Shown: piece by piece, positions 27,349 to 41,553 of the stretch
Position numbering within the stretch: position 1 is the stretch's first letter
Layout of the letters: each line of letters opens with the position of its first letter
Assembly: GCF_009914755.1 (NCBI RefSeq)
Contig: NC_060937.1
Reading direction: 5' to 3' (one strand)
DNA length: 64,000 bases
Origin: the human T2T-CHM13v2.0 reference genome, Homo sapiens
Position numbers and translations under genes: made by a program
The notes under the pieces: generated by a model
Databases searched by the model: none
Told to the model about the DNA's origin: nothing
Seen by the model: the letters and a program-made list of their open reading frames with translations, nothing else

Positions 27349-27569
27349 GAGAGAGAGAGGGAGACAGAGAGTGCTCTTCATGGAAACATGAGCCCCTTTG
27401 TAATTTCATGTGTTGAAAATATTTATTCCAATTTTGCAATTTCTTTTCTTATTGTGGTGTTCTCTTTAAGTTTGGTTTAGATGTTATTAGTGTTTCTCCC
27501 CAAATTGATTTATTGATTTCCATTTTCACAATACAATATTTTGGCAGAAATCTTGTGGAAACTGTCTAA

Positions 27570-29010
27570 TCAGTTTAAAAATTTAAATACATATTAAAAA
27601 ATCAAAGAACTGTAAAAACTGTCCTGAAGAATGACAAAGTTTGTGAGCTTACAATGCCATATATTCAGACTTAGATTAAAGCTATAGTAATAAAAGCTAT
27701 CTATGGTAGTAATGCAAAAATAGGCACAAAGAAAACTAGAAAAACTCGAGAGTCCAACTCAGACTCACACATTTAGACATTTTGTATATTACAAAACAGG
27801 CACAGAAGAGCAGTGGAGAGAAGACAGCATCTCGGTAATTAGCCTTGGGTCATCCGGTTATTTATGTGAGAAAGAAATAAACCTATCTTATATTGTTAAC
27901 AAATTTCGAGACAAGTGGATTTTAAATTTTAAGGTGAAAATTGAAAACAATATTTCTAGTAGATAACATAGATAAGTATGTCCATGACTTTGGCACAGGC
28001 CAAGATTTCTTGGGACACAAAATGCATAAATTATCAAGACAAAAATATGACAAATTGGACTTTATTAGAATTAAAACCTTCTCTTCATAAAAAAAAAAGC
28101 TTCAGGAGAGCTGAAAGGCAAGAACAAAGTGGAAATCAACATTTGTCATATATTGATCTGGCAAAAGCTTTTTATCTAGATTATTAAGCTAAATCCCATC
28201 ACTTAATAAACAAAGATGCATACATTGAACAAAATTGGCAAAGATATGACTAGGAGTTCCACATACAGAACCGAAGGGCCAACAAGTAGATGAACATATC
28301 CACATTCTTATGCATCAGAACAATGCATATGAAAACTACAATTGAATACCACTATGCAATCATTAACATTTTTGAAAACTGACAAAATTAAGTATTAGTG
28401 ATGATGTCAAGCAACTGGAACTTTCTTATACCATTCTGTGTGCAAACTGTTATAACCACATTCAAAACCACTTGAGTAGTAACTCCTTACATACACGATG
28501 TACATAAGCACACTCTAGAACCCAGCAACTCTGCTACTAGGTATATACACCCAATAGAATTGCCAGCATATTTTCCAATGTAGTAAAGTGCTCGAAGTAG
28601 CATTATTTGGTACTTTTCCAAACTGAAAAAAACTCAAATGTGCATCAATAATAAAATAAATAACTAAAACAGCTACATATTCCTTTATAAGGGGACATTA
28701 TACAGATATAAAATTAATTGGAGACATATTAAAATATACAAAAATCTAACAAATACAATTTAATTAGATTTAAAAGTCCTATCCAGAGCAATCGGCCAAT
28801 AAAAAAGAAAAAGGCATACAAATAGAAAAAGAAATTGAATTCTCTTTCTCCATTTGCAATATGAGTCACTACGTAGAGAATGCTAAAGCCTCTCCAAAAC
28901 TACTTTTGGGGAAAACTTGAAAAGCCTCCTGAAACGGATAAGCAAGTAAAGTTTTAGGACACAAAACCAATGTACAAAAATAAGCAGCATTTCTATGCAT
29001 CAACAACTTT
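27570..29010 (+). mobile_element. Old L1M fragments
   Basis: acaaattggactttattagaattaaaacc, cccagcaactctgctactaggtatatacaccc and gcatttctatgcatcaacaac. Confidence 0.65.
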
Positions 29011-30506
29011 GAATTCCTGAACATCTTCTGGTTTTATTGCATTTTCAATTTTTTCCCTCCATTAACTATACATTTTTTCTTTTTTCAGCTAAACTAATTT
29101 ATTCTTCTGTATAATTTCACCTTGTTAATAAACCCCAGGCCAAAAAGTGGGAATAAAGTATTTGTCTGCATCCTGTTTCCTCATTTTGAAAACTAGTCTA
29201 GATGAAACCTATACTTGTTCTAGGGAGTTGGCATAGACAGCATTTATTTCCGTTCTCAGCAGTGATGCCAGCCAGAAAGAGGGAGTTCCCCATTTTCACT
29301 TTGGTTAGACAGGACTCTGGATGGTTGAAGGGGAAAAGTTTCAGACTCTAAGGGAGCCAAATAGGATATTACAAAGATTTATGCATTTACTCCGGGAGCA
29401 ATTATTGTGTTAAATTTTGTGCAAAACACTGCGCAAACAGCAATTAAAGTGAAAATTATTAAGGCATTACCTTTACCTTGGGAAACTCACACTAGTCAGA
29501 TTCTCCGAACCCCAGAACATAACAACAACCTAGTAAAATCTTGTTCAGAGTGAAGAGAGGGTGGGAGCAGGAAGGTAAGGTTAAAAATTAGGCTGGGTGA
29601 ATGAGATAATTACCCCTAGTCAAGCAGTGGAAGTATGGATGGCTTTGGGATGGGTGAAGACAAAAGAATCTCAGCAGAGGGTGCAGATTAAAAAAGGCAG
29701 AAACACAGGAGGCTTATGCAGGAAGAGGAATGAGTTTGCTGCACTGGGGAGAGTGACAGTAAAAAGCAGAGGATAATAGGCATCTCTGGTCATCTAGGGA
29801 CTATAGGGTGGATTAGTTGGGGGTTACAGAATCAGTGAGGTACTTTTTAACAGTAGGATGGGTAAATAAGAGCTATAATTTGGAATAATTATGTAGCAAT
29901 GGTGGTTAGGAGCAATAGAAACTCAAAGTATTACATAAATATGTTTTTTTCTTATTCTCCCACACAAGCCTTTCACCTTCCCTCTTAAACTGAGAACGGA
30001 GTGGTTTGCTATGATGTTTTTAAATTCTCACAGGCAAGCATTACTCTGTGCTGCCTTTTAATAAAGGCTAATTTTAACCAAATTAAAGAAGATTGAATGG
30101 ATTTTCTTGATCATAATGGTTGAGTACAACATCTCTTACCTTCTACTAGTTTTCAGTATAACTGAAGTAACAGAATGTCAATACTCCATGGAGGGGTGTT
30201 CCTCTTGCTAAGGCTCCCTCCTCTGGGCTAGGCCTTCTACACCATGGCTGTCCTGCTCTGGCTGGAGCTGGAATTTGGATTGACCTCTGTGTGTCTTCCT
30301 AGCACACAATAGGTGTCCAATTAGCATGGGCAGAATCAAGCTCCTCCCTCTCACCATTTATTTCTCCATTTGTCCCTTGTTGGGAATGGATGGACAGTCC
30401 TGCCACTGAGTTCAGCCCAGGGTTGAAGTTCAAATCTCAGCTGATACTTGGTGGATGTTGACTTTTTTGAGAAGAACTTGGGAGAATAAAACATTATAAA
30501 GGCGCT

Positions 30507-30800
30507 GGCCAGGCACGGTGTCTCATGCCTGTATTCCTGGCATATTGATTGGCTGAGGAGATAGAATTGCTTGAGGCCAGGAATTTGATACCAGCCTTGT
30601 CAACATAGTGAGACCCCATTTATACAAAAAACTTGAAGCATTAAAAACATTTAGCCTGGTGTGATAGTTCCAAACTGTTGTCTCAGCTATGCTGGACATT
30701 GAGGCAGAGGATCACTTGAGCCAGGAGTTCTAGGCTACAGGGAGCTATGATCGTGCTGCTGCACTCCAACCAGGGCAAATATGCAAGATGTTTCAAAAAT
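30507..30800 (+). mobile_element. Alu (AluJ-like)
   Basis: ggccaggcacggtgtctcatgcctgta...gcagaggatcacttgagccaggagtt. Confidence 0.85.
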
Positions 30801-31309
30801 AAAATCTTTTATTATTCTTCACCCCTATAGTCTCTCCAGAACTTGTGCACTATGTAGCAGAAAGAATCAAACTCCCCAAGAGTTTGGTTCTTGCTTATGA
30901 TTTGGTTTTCTGCTGCTTGGCTGCCCCCTCATTTCCCCATTTTGTATAAATAAGAACCCCCAGGTGAAGTGGAGTTTCTCCCCAGCAGAGGGTCTCACCA
31001 AGGCCCCAGGACTGGCACTTTAGGTGGAGGCTTGCCTTTCAACCTCTGAATAATAATTGATACTAAAATTGAGAAGTTTTCCAGACACCAGCTTCCTGAA
31101 AGGAGCACCCAGTCGAGACAAGATGAGGTCAGTAGCGAAGGTGACCCAGGCTGAGTGGGCCGTACATTCCTCTACTTTTCCCAAACTTCCCTCTGACATC
31201 CTACAAACTTTCTGTCTTCCCAGGACTTTCTTGCCAGGGAGTCTAATGAAGTAAAAGCTTTAAAATTGCTTTGATTTTAAAAATAATTTTATTGGTTCTT
31301 AAAATGTAC

Positions 31310-31740
31310 TGTTAAATATTACTGTTTTTCTTCCCCCAGGGGCTACGTGAACATAAGCTCGGTTTTCACACTAGCAGCATTTAGAAATGTCTCTTCTGGA
31401 GGAACACTGATGCTCTCAATCACACGTGGTAATTCTCTCCTCCAGGCACAAAATGCAGTCTCAGCATCTCTGTATCAGGAGTCACTGTCTAAGAGTCTCT
31501 CCAGAGAAATAAGCTACCCAGGCCATCCAGCTGCTGGTGAGTTGCTTTGTGGTCATGAACTGGGTAGATTTCCTCATCTCTTGCTCATTGGCCACATTCA
31601 GGATTAATGATTCAATGCTTTTGTTGTTCCAGAAGCTGTGGTCAGTGGCTATGCAGGAATCAGTCTTTCAGTGCTGATCTTTGCTGAGAAAATAATAGTA
31701 TTGTTCAAACAGTATATAGGATTTGCAGTCAATATTTAAT
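31310..31740 (+). pseudogene. VN1R: Vomeronasal type-1 receptor (V1R/VN1R) pseudogene, 3' half only
   Basis: Manual translation gives TVKYYCFSSPRGYVNISSVFTLAAFRNVS, then from 31426 VVILSSRHKMQSQHLCIRSHCLRVSPEK*ATQAIQLLVSCFVVMNWVDFLIS...LLLFQKL, then VSGYAGISLSVLIFAEKII. This matches the V1R TM5-TM7 pattern (RH.RQSQHLH...SPEKRATQTILLLVSFFVVMYWVD...YATVSPLVLI). Stop at 31510, frameshifts. Confidence 0.85.
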
Positions 31741-34700
31741 AATTTAGTGACAAAAACCTCTTAAATACACATTATACTGATATAAAATAAGTTATTCATC
31801 TATTACCAAATTTACTCTTTTATTTAATATAACCCTTGGGATAACATTTTCTTTTATGCTTCCATAAATATGCTTCACATGGATATATCACATATTGTGT
31901 ATAATTTCACACAGTGTTAACATAGTTTCCATCTATTTAGATGTTTGCACATTTATTTTATCTCAATGTTTGTTCTCAGGAAGAGTATTTTTCTTCATAA
32001 ACTAAATTTTCAGCAAATTTTAAATGCATTTCACTGACATAATTATACTGTTTACATTGTATTTGTGTATTAAGTTACATTTTGTCCTTAAACCTGAAAA
32101 TAACTTTTCAAATATATGTAATTTTAAATTTACATGTTTTTCTCTCAGAACTTTTAAAACCGTAACCTATTGGATTCTTGATCTTATTCACATATTGAGA
32201 AATGTGTTTCTTTTCATTGCTTTATAATTAATTTGAATTTTATCTTAGATAGCTTTACGTGATTTTCTCTATTATGGTATTATGCTTTTAACTATTGTTT
32301 TTCTTTTGATCAGAATGCCTTTAAGCTATTATAATTAATTATTTTAATAATTATATATTTTTATTCCCTATTTGACATTCACTCCATTTTATTTATTCAA
32401 ACTTGCACTTAAACAACATGACTTATTCTAGATTTTTATGTATTTTAATTTTTCATATTGTTTATTTGTTTTATCCCTATTGGGACTTCTAAATATTCAC
32501 TTCATCATATCTTCTAATTCATAATTTCTTTTTCAATTATGTAATTTTTCTATGTATTCTATCCTTTAAATTTGAAATTTTTACCTAATTATTTTGATAA
32601 TATACCTTATTTTGATCTTACTTTTAAACTTTTCCTCTAATATATTTAAACATTATAACTACTTATATTATTTCTACAGTATATATACAATTTTGGGATT
32701 TATTAAGATGTAATGGTACAGCTGTGTTTTTCTTATAATTTTATTTCTTAATAACTTTGATCTTGATGACTTTTACTTTGTATATTTTAAAAAGAATAGT
32801 AGACTTCATTTTATTATAAATGACTGACCTCAATTGATGGGGCCATAGAAGATTCTGGGTCGAGGTATTTTATTCCAATGAAAAGTTATCTGTAATGTTA
32901 ATAATGCACCCTTTACAGACACCTGAAAATGATTAAGTCTATATATTTACCTAAATTGTCCTGAGTAAAACACATAGTGTACATATGAACCAGAAACTCA
33001 TATGATGATTGGTGTTAATTCCCAAATCAACCAAAGAGGAGAAATACCACCTCCACTAACTAACCTATTTTTCTAAACTTTTGAAAATGTAAGGATTCTA
33101 GCTTTAGATAGCATAGTCAGATCCAAGTACTCCTGCATCTATGCTGCTGTGACATTATATTCACCAATCAGACATGTTAAATTCTAACAAACTGTGCTTC
33201 CATTATTAGCAATTCCCACAGGTAGCATCAACTTCCAGCCTAATTTTTCTCCTACAGCTGTGCTTCTTTATCCTTTCCTGAAAAATTATTTGTGGAGGTG
33301 CATGCCTTTGAAGTTTCTCAGCATATATTGTTATTTGAGGTTGAAAAGATAAGATTATCTAAATTTTTGCCAGAAACTCTGATACCCACATTATATCTTT
33401 GAAAGCATTGGTTGTCACACTGCTGCTGACATGTGCATTTAGGAGAAGCATGTAAATGTCAGTGCATTGCAGTCTCTGAGGGGTTGAAATAAACAATACC
33501 GGAAATCTTGGCCACTGAGGCTCACATGTAGATTTTCATTCCCAGTCCAGGCATCTAGATTCAGGGGCACCTAACTGAGGGGCTTTTGGTTGAGGCCTTC
33601 TTCAGAAACTTTTGTTCAGATCCCTGTTTCTGGAGAAGAAATGGAACTTTGATAATAATTTTCATACATTCCTATTAATATTCAATTCTCTTTAATCTTG
33701 CTCATACATTCTCCTCTACGCTCTCCTGCCCCCTTTTCCACAAAATTGCGGGCCTGTTTTTTATGAGGGTGCCACCTCGGCAGTGAGACAGTGCCCCATG
33801 TTTGTGCTGATCCATCTGACCCTTTCCTGGTGCTTTTCCATGAGGAAAAAATGGAACAATTAGGAGTCGGTGCTTGATCTAATGTTGCCTGTTGTTTAAC
33901 ACAATCACAGAAAGGAAGACAAAAAGGCGTAACTATTTCTTTGATGTGGGCCTCTTGCTTTAATTTAAAACTCTGATATTAAGCAGGTTAGCTCTTCCCA
34001 GCTCAGCTCAGCTCTTGAAATTTCATGGAAGAAATTCTGTTTTTATTGGTCTAAATTTTGTGTCTTTTATATAGAAAAACGGTAATAAAATTGCATCGTA
34101 TATTTAAAAATTGAATGCCTTCTGTTTTGCCATTTTACTGAAGAGAAAATTTGTGTAGCCTATTGGCATTATTAACAGTGAAGCTCCAAGTACTAATATT
34201 CAGAAAAAATAATGAATCAAAATCCAACTATTTCTCAGTAGCATTTTCTTTTTTATAAACTTTCTATTTTATTGTCTGTAATTAAAAAACTTCTGTAGAA
34301 AAGAGTTTAAAATTTTCAAAGTTAATACAAAATTATTTTTAGAATTTCTTTTTGCATAATGTTTGTCGTAAGTAGCTAATATTAATAAATTGTAATCATC
34401 AATTCTTATCTAAGCTGCACGTTAAAAAATATGTTAATATTTGCTGCTGCCTAAAATATAATACATATTTACATAATCTAAGCTACTAAAAATAGTAATA
34501 AACACACATATAAATAATCAACATACACAGGTCATTTTTTCTATGTCTTACTTATATTTTATGTTTCATATTTGTATCAGCACACTTTATGTCCTACTAT
34601 CATATATGGAAACTTGCCTATTTTGCATCTTGTTATATTAAATAAGAAGACATATGTTTAGCTTCCCCTAGGTTAAATTTTTTACATAATTGTTATTAAT

Positions 34701-36820
34701 GTAAATAATCCAGAAATGAAAGTTTTTTAAAAAATTTCCAGTGCCCTCACTGTGCATGATATAATTCTATTTTTTAAAGTGTTAGTGCTGTTTGCATTAT
34801 ATAAAAGAATATTTTAGTGTATCAACTAACTACATACCTGAAAGCATGGCTTACTTTTTCATTAGTATATACTTTTGGTTGTACTCGGCTATTTTTCTAA
34901 AAGTGCTTGCAAATCAGTTCCAGGCCACAGGGCTTTGTCTTCAACAAAATAAGAATGTCTCAGAGACCCACAGAAATAACTGTGCCAAGTACTCCTATAA
35001 ACAGGCTTCTGATAGAATGACTTATATAACTTTGAAACACTATCAGTGGACTAATTTATTTCTCTAATTCTAGCAGAGAAGCATATGTGCTTACAAGATA
35101 GAGTAAAACAAGTATGAGTAAAACAGGACTAAATGAACTGACGATGAATGATAATAGGTTTTGTTTGGAATGTGAACATAAAACATTCCTGCTATTATTT
35201 CCTTGGTATCTAAACATGAGCTAATGGGAGCCGTTGTTACATGTTGTACACCCTTAAGAAGGTTTACAGTTTTTTGTCTCACCTATATTCGTAGTTGTCT
35301 GTATTTGTGGTTTAGAATCTCAGCTATTTTCATAGTTGTAGCTATATTTATAGTTGCATGCAATGAGTTGCATGGTTGCACTCAGTAGCCAGGGGATGGG
35401 CAGGGAGATGCAAACAATTCTTCAGAGTAAGTTATTATCTTCTGTTGCAGTGGAAGTTCTTGAGGCTTCATAGCTACCTGGCACTCATCTCGTATGAGCT
35501 CCTTTGTGTTTCTGAAGCCTCTGGCATACACCGAGGGTGTGGGTTTGCCTGGAATGTAGCATCAACCTGTAGAGAACAGGATTTTCCATGACCCAGTCAT
35601 TGAATAAACTTGATATCTGCTTCTGCTGTTGAGAAAACATTATTTCTCCTTCAGGAATATCCACCCTCTTCATCAAGAACATCGTGTCATTCTTCAGGGT
35701 CACAGAATGCTCTACAGCCTACTTCCTGGTGTCCACCAAGGAGGAGATTAGTTGCATCTGAATTGAAGGAAGATTCGAGAGGGGTCACAGCTGCAGAATT
35801 CCAATCACGCTCAGTCTGACTGTGCTGATTTTAGAAAGACACATGGGGATCTGCCACAAGGAAGGCACTTTGCAGGGAGGCCTCAACCCCATGGCACACC
35901 CCTTCAGGAGGGCTCTTCTCCTTGTAACAGTCACTTAGCCACTTATAGAAAGGCAACTCTTAGAAAATTTAAATGGGGACCAAAATACTAACCCTAACCA
36001 GTTTATTATCTCAAAGAATTGGAAAAACAAAGTTTTCAAATACTACAGGATTAGAAGAGTAAACAAGATATGCTTTTTCTTTGGAGCTACATATATGTAT
36101 TAAAAATGGGATGTACAAAGAATTTTTTATCACATGGAGAAGTGCTTATGAGATGATATACCATTAAACATATTAATGAAAGGCATACATTAAAAAGTAT
36201 AACCAAACTTATACATTAGAACCCAAAATTTAAAATGTGTAGAAAAATGATTGAGAGGAAATATGCCGAATTATAGGAATTGATGTGTTTCTTATAGGAA
36301 ACAGGATCCTGTGAGAAATTAAATTGCTTTATTGATTCTCTTGTACTTTTATAGTTTCCAAAAGTTCTACAGAGAGTGTAATGTAGGACCTTAGTCAGGA
36401 ATAAACATCTCTTTAAATAAGCAGCAGAGAATTTCAAAGGAAGTGTGTGGTATGGGTTTATGTGTTTCTTTCAAGATCTAATGTTTTCCACGTAGTGCTT
36501 CAGAAAAGACAAGGTAATTTCAACAACTTAACCCCATCATCAAGAGGGTGTTACTTAAGTACATTATGGGAGGTCATAGATAAACAACCAGTCAGCCTCT
36601 AAGCATCAGAAAATCCGTGATGTCCATTGGCCTGAGAGATGGTCTGCATTTCTTTGAAGGAAAAAAGCAGGTTTTAAAACACTAGAACCGAATCAAATCC
36701 TAAATTTGAATAGAAAGATTAGAAAGGCTTATGCATGGGAAAAAGATTCAGGGTATCCAACGGTTAATTCTGACTATTTCTGAGTAATTTAAATTTACCT
36801 ATAATTTAAAAAAAAAAATA

Positions 36821-37121
<301 letters not shown>

Positions 37122-37792
37122 TTAATTAGGAATCAAATAAGATAATTAAATGTAAACTTACACTTAATTTACTTTTTAAGCATTTTAAGAATTGGTATTC
37201 TAATTTTGTGTCGGTACATTTTAAGAATCAATAAAATTATTTTTAAAATCAAAGCAATTTTAAAGCTTTTACTTCATTAGACTCCCTGGCAAGAAAGCCC
37301 TGGGAAGATAGAAAGTTTGGAGGATGTCAGAGGGAAGTTTGGGAAAAGTAGAGGAATATATGGAGGGCAGAAGGAGTGAACATTAGGGAAACCCTCCCCT
37401 AGCTCAGTCTTCAGATACGCTGGTGGACTTCCCCACTCAGCCTGAGTCACCTTCGCTACTGACCTCATATTGTCTTCTGACTGGATGCTCCTTTCAGGAA
37501 GCTGGTGTCTGGAAAACTTCTCAATTTTAGTATCAATTATTATTCAGAGGCTGAAAGGCAAGCCTCCACCTAAAGTGCCAGTCTTGGGGCCTTGGTGAGA
37601 CCCTCTGCTGGGGAGAAACTCCACTTCACTGGGGGGTTCTTATTTTATACAAAATGGGGACATGACGGGGCAGCCAAGCAGCAGAAAACCAAATCATGAG
37701 CAAGAACCAAACTCTTGGGGAGTTTGATTCTTTCTGCTACATAGTGCACAAGTTCTGGAGAGACTATAGGGGTGAAGAATAATAAAAGATTT

Positions 37793-38086
37793 TATTTTTG
37801 AATCATCTTGCGTGGTTGCCTGTTTGGAGTGCAGTAGCGTGATCATAGTTCACCGCAGCCTAGAACTCCTGGCTCAAGTGATCCTCTGCCTCAATATCCA
37901 GCATAGCTGAGACAACAGTTTGGAACTATCACACCTGGCTAAATGTTTTTAATGCTTCAAGTTTTTTGTATAAATGGGGTCTCACTATGTTGACAAGGCT
38001 GGTATCAAATTCCTGGCCTCAAGCAATTCTATCTCCTCAGCCAATCAATATGCCAGGAATACAGGCATGAGACACCGTGCCTGGCC
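37793..38086 (-). mobile_element. Alu (mirror of 30507-30800)
   Basis: Near-identical reverse complement. Confidence 0.85.
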
Positions 38087-41000
38087 AGCGCCTTTATAAT
38101 GTTTTATTCTCCCAAGTTCTTCTCAAAAAAGTCAACATCCACCAAGTATCAGCTGAGATTTGAACTTCAACCCTGGGCTGAACTCAGTGGCAGGACTCTC
38201 CATTCCCAACAAGGGACAAATGGAGAAATAAATGGTGAGAGGGAGGAGCTTGATTCTGCCCATGCTAATTGGACACCTGTTGTGTGCTAGGAAGACACAC
38301 AGAGGTCAATCCAAATTCCAGCTCCAGCCAGAGCAGGGCAGCCATGGTGTAGAAGGCCAAGCCCAGAGGAGGGAGACTTAGCAAGCGGAGCACCCCTGCA
38401 TGGAGTATTGACACTCTGTTACTTCAGTTATACTGAAAACTAGTAGAAGGTATGAGATGTTGCACTCAACCATTATGAGCAAGAAAATCCATTCAATCTT
38501 CTTTAATTTGGTTAAAACTAACCTTTACTAAAAGGCAGCAAAGAATAATGCTTGTCTGTGAGAATTTAAAAACATCATAGCAAACCACTCCGTTCTCAGT
38601 TTAAGAGGAAAGGCAAAACGCTTGTGTGGGAGAATAAGAAAAAAAATATTTATGTAATACTTTGAGTTTCTATTGCTCCTAACCACCATTGCTACATAAT
38701 TATTCCAAATTATAGCTCTTATTTACCCATCCTACTGTTAAAAAGTACCTCACTGATTCTGTAACCCCCAACTAATCCACCCTATAGTCCCTAGATGACC
38801 AGAGATGCCTATTATCCTCTGCTTTTTACTGTCACTCTCCCCAGTCCAGCAAACTCATTCCTCTTCCTGCATAAGCCTCCTGTGTTTCTGCCTTTTTTTA
38901 TCTGCACCCTCTGCTGAGATTCTTTTGTCTTCACCCATCCCAAAGCCATCCATACTTCCACTGCTTGACTAGGGGTAATTATCTCATTCACCCAGCCTAA
39001 TTTTTAATCTTACCTTCCTGCTCCCACCCTCTCTTCACTCTGAACAAGATTTTACTAGGTTGTTGTTATGTTCTGGGGTTCGGAGAATCTGACTAGTGTG
39101 AGTTTCCCAAGGTAAAGGTAATGCCTTAATAATTTTCACTTTAATTGCTCTTTGCGCAGTGTTTTGCACAAAATTTAACACAATAATTGCTCCCAGAGTA
39201 AATGTATAAATCTTTGCAATGTCTGATTTGACTCCCTTAGAGTTTGGATCTTTTCCCCTACAACCATCCAGAGTCCTGTCTAACCAAAGTGAAAATGCGG
39301 AACTCCCTCTTTCTGGCTGGCATCACTGCTGAGAACGGAAATAAATGCTGTCTATGCCAACTCCCTAGAACAAGTATAGGTTTCATCTAGACTAGTTTTC
39401 AAAATGAGGAAACAGGATGCAGACAAATACTTTATTCCCACTTTTTGGCCTGGGGTTTATTAACAAGGTGAAATTATACAGAAGAATAAATTAGTTTAGC
39501 TGAAAAAAGAAAAAATGTATAGTTAATGGAGGGAAAAAATTGAAAATGCAATAAAACCAGAAGATGTTCAGGAATTCAAAGTTGTTGATGCATAGAAATA
39601 CTACTGGTTTTTGTACATTGGTTTTGTGTCCTAAAACTTTACTTGCTTATCCGTTTCAGGAGGTTTTTCAAGTTTTCTCCAAAAGGAGTTTTGGAAAGAC
39701 TTTAGCATTGTCTACGTAGTGACTCATAATGCAAATGGAGAAAGAGAATTCAATTTTTTTTTCTATTTGTATGCCTTTTTCTTTTCTATTGGCTGATTGC
39801 TGTGGATAGGACTTTTAAATCTAATTAAATTGTATTTGTTAGATTTTTGTATATTTTAATATGTCTCCAATTAATTTTATATCTGTATAATGTCCCCTTA
39901 TAAAGGAATATGTAACTGTTTTATTTAGTTATTTTATTACTGATGCACATTTGAGTTTTTTTCAGTTTGGAAAAGTACCAAATAATGCTGCTTAGAGCAT
40001 TTGTCTGCATTGGAAAATATGCTGGCATTTCTATTGGGTGTATATACCTAGTAGCAGAGTTGCTGGGTCCTAGAGTGTGCTTATGTACATCGTGTATGTA
40101 AGGAGTTACTACTCAAGAGGTTTTGAATGCCGTTATAACAGTTTGCACACAGAATGGTATAAGAAAGTTCCAGTTGCTTGACATCATCACTAGTACTTAA
40201 TTTTGTCAGTTTTCAAAAATGTGAATGATTGCATAGTGGTATTCAATTGTAGTTTTCATATGCATTGTTCTGATGCATAAGGATGTGGATATGTTCATCT
40301 ACTTGTTGGCCCTTCGGTTCTGTATGTGGAACTCCTAGTCACATGTTTGCCAATTTTGTTCAATGTATTGCATCTTTGTTTATTAATTGATGGGATTTAG
40401 TTAAATAAACTAGATAAAAGGCTTTTGCCACATCAATATATGACAAATGTTGATTTCCACTTTGTTCTTGCCTTTCAGCTCTCCTGAAGCTTTTTTTTTA
40501 TGAAGAGAAGGTTTTAATTCTAATAAAGTCCAATTTGTCATATTTTTGTCTTGAGAATTAATGCATTTTGTGTCCCAAGAAATCTGGGCCTGTGCCAGTC
40601 ATGGACATATTTATCTATGTTATCTACTAGAAATATTGTTTTCAGCTTTGACCTTAAAATTTAAAATCCACTTTTCATTGGAATTTGTTAATAATATAAG
40701 ATAGGAGTGTTTTTTCTCACATAAATAACTGGTTGACTCAAGGCTATTTACCGAGAAGACTGTCTTCACTCCTCTTCTGTGCCTGTTTTGTAATATACAA
40801 AATGTCCAAATGTGTGAGTCTGAGTTGGACTCTCGAGTTTTTCTAGTTTTCTTTGTGCCTATTTTTGCATTACTACCATAGATAGCTTTTATTACTATAG
40901 CTTTAATCTAAGTCTGAATATATGTCATTTTAAGCTCACAAACTTTGTTATTCTTCAGGACAGTTTTTACATTTCTTCGATTTTTTATATGTATTTAAAT

Positions 41001-41259
41001 TTTTTAAACTGATTAGACAGTTTCCACAAGATTTCTGCCAAAATATTGTATTGTGAAAATGGAAATCTATGAATCAATTTAGGGAGAAGTTACATAGAAA
41101 CAAAGCAAAACAAAACACTAATAACATCCAAAACAAACTTAAAGAGAACACCACAATAAGAAAAGAAATTCCCAAATTGGAATAAATATTTACAACTCAT
41201 GAAATTACAAATGGGCTCGCATTTCGATAAAGGGCACTCTCTCTCTCCCTCTCTCTCTC

Positions 41260-41553
41260 TTTTTTTTTTTTTCCACAGAGACTCACTCTGTCACCCTGTC
41301 TTGAGTGCAGACGTGCAATCTCGGCTCACTGCAACCTCTACCTCCCAAGTTTCAGCAATTCTTCTGTCTCAGCCTCCTGAGTAGCTGGGGCTACAGGCTT
41401 GTGCCACCATTCCCGGCTAATTTTTTGTAATTTTAGTAGAGACGGGGTTTCACCAGGTTGGCCAGGCTGGTTTTTAACTCCTGACCTCAAATGATCCGCC
41501 CGCCTCAGCCTCTCAAGTGTTGAAATTACAGATGTGAGGCACCACAGCTGACC
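41260..41553 (-). mobile_element. AluS (mirror of 27050-27348)
   Basis: Alu consensus motifs at the mirrored position. Confidence 0.88.

Noticed and set aside
35376-35819. Short ORFs in the spacer as a possible gene
   Set aside because: No recognisable homology or consistent exon structure by eye.
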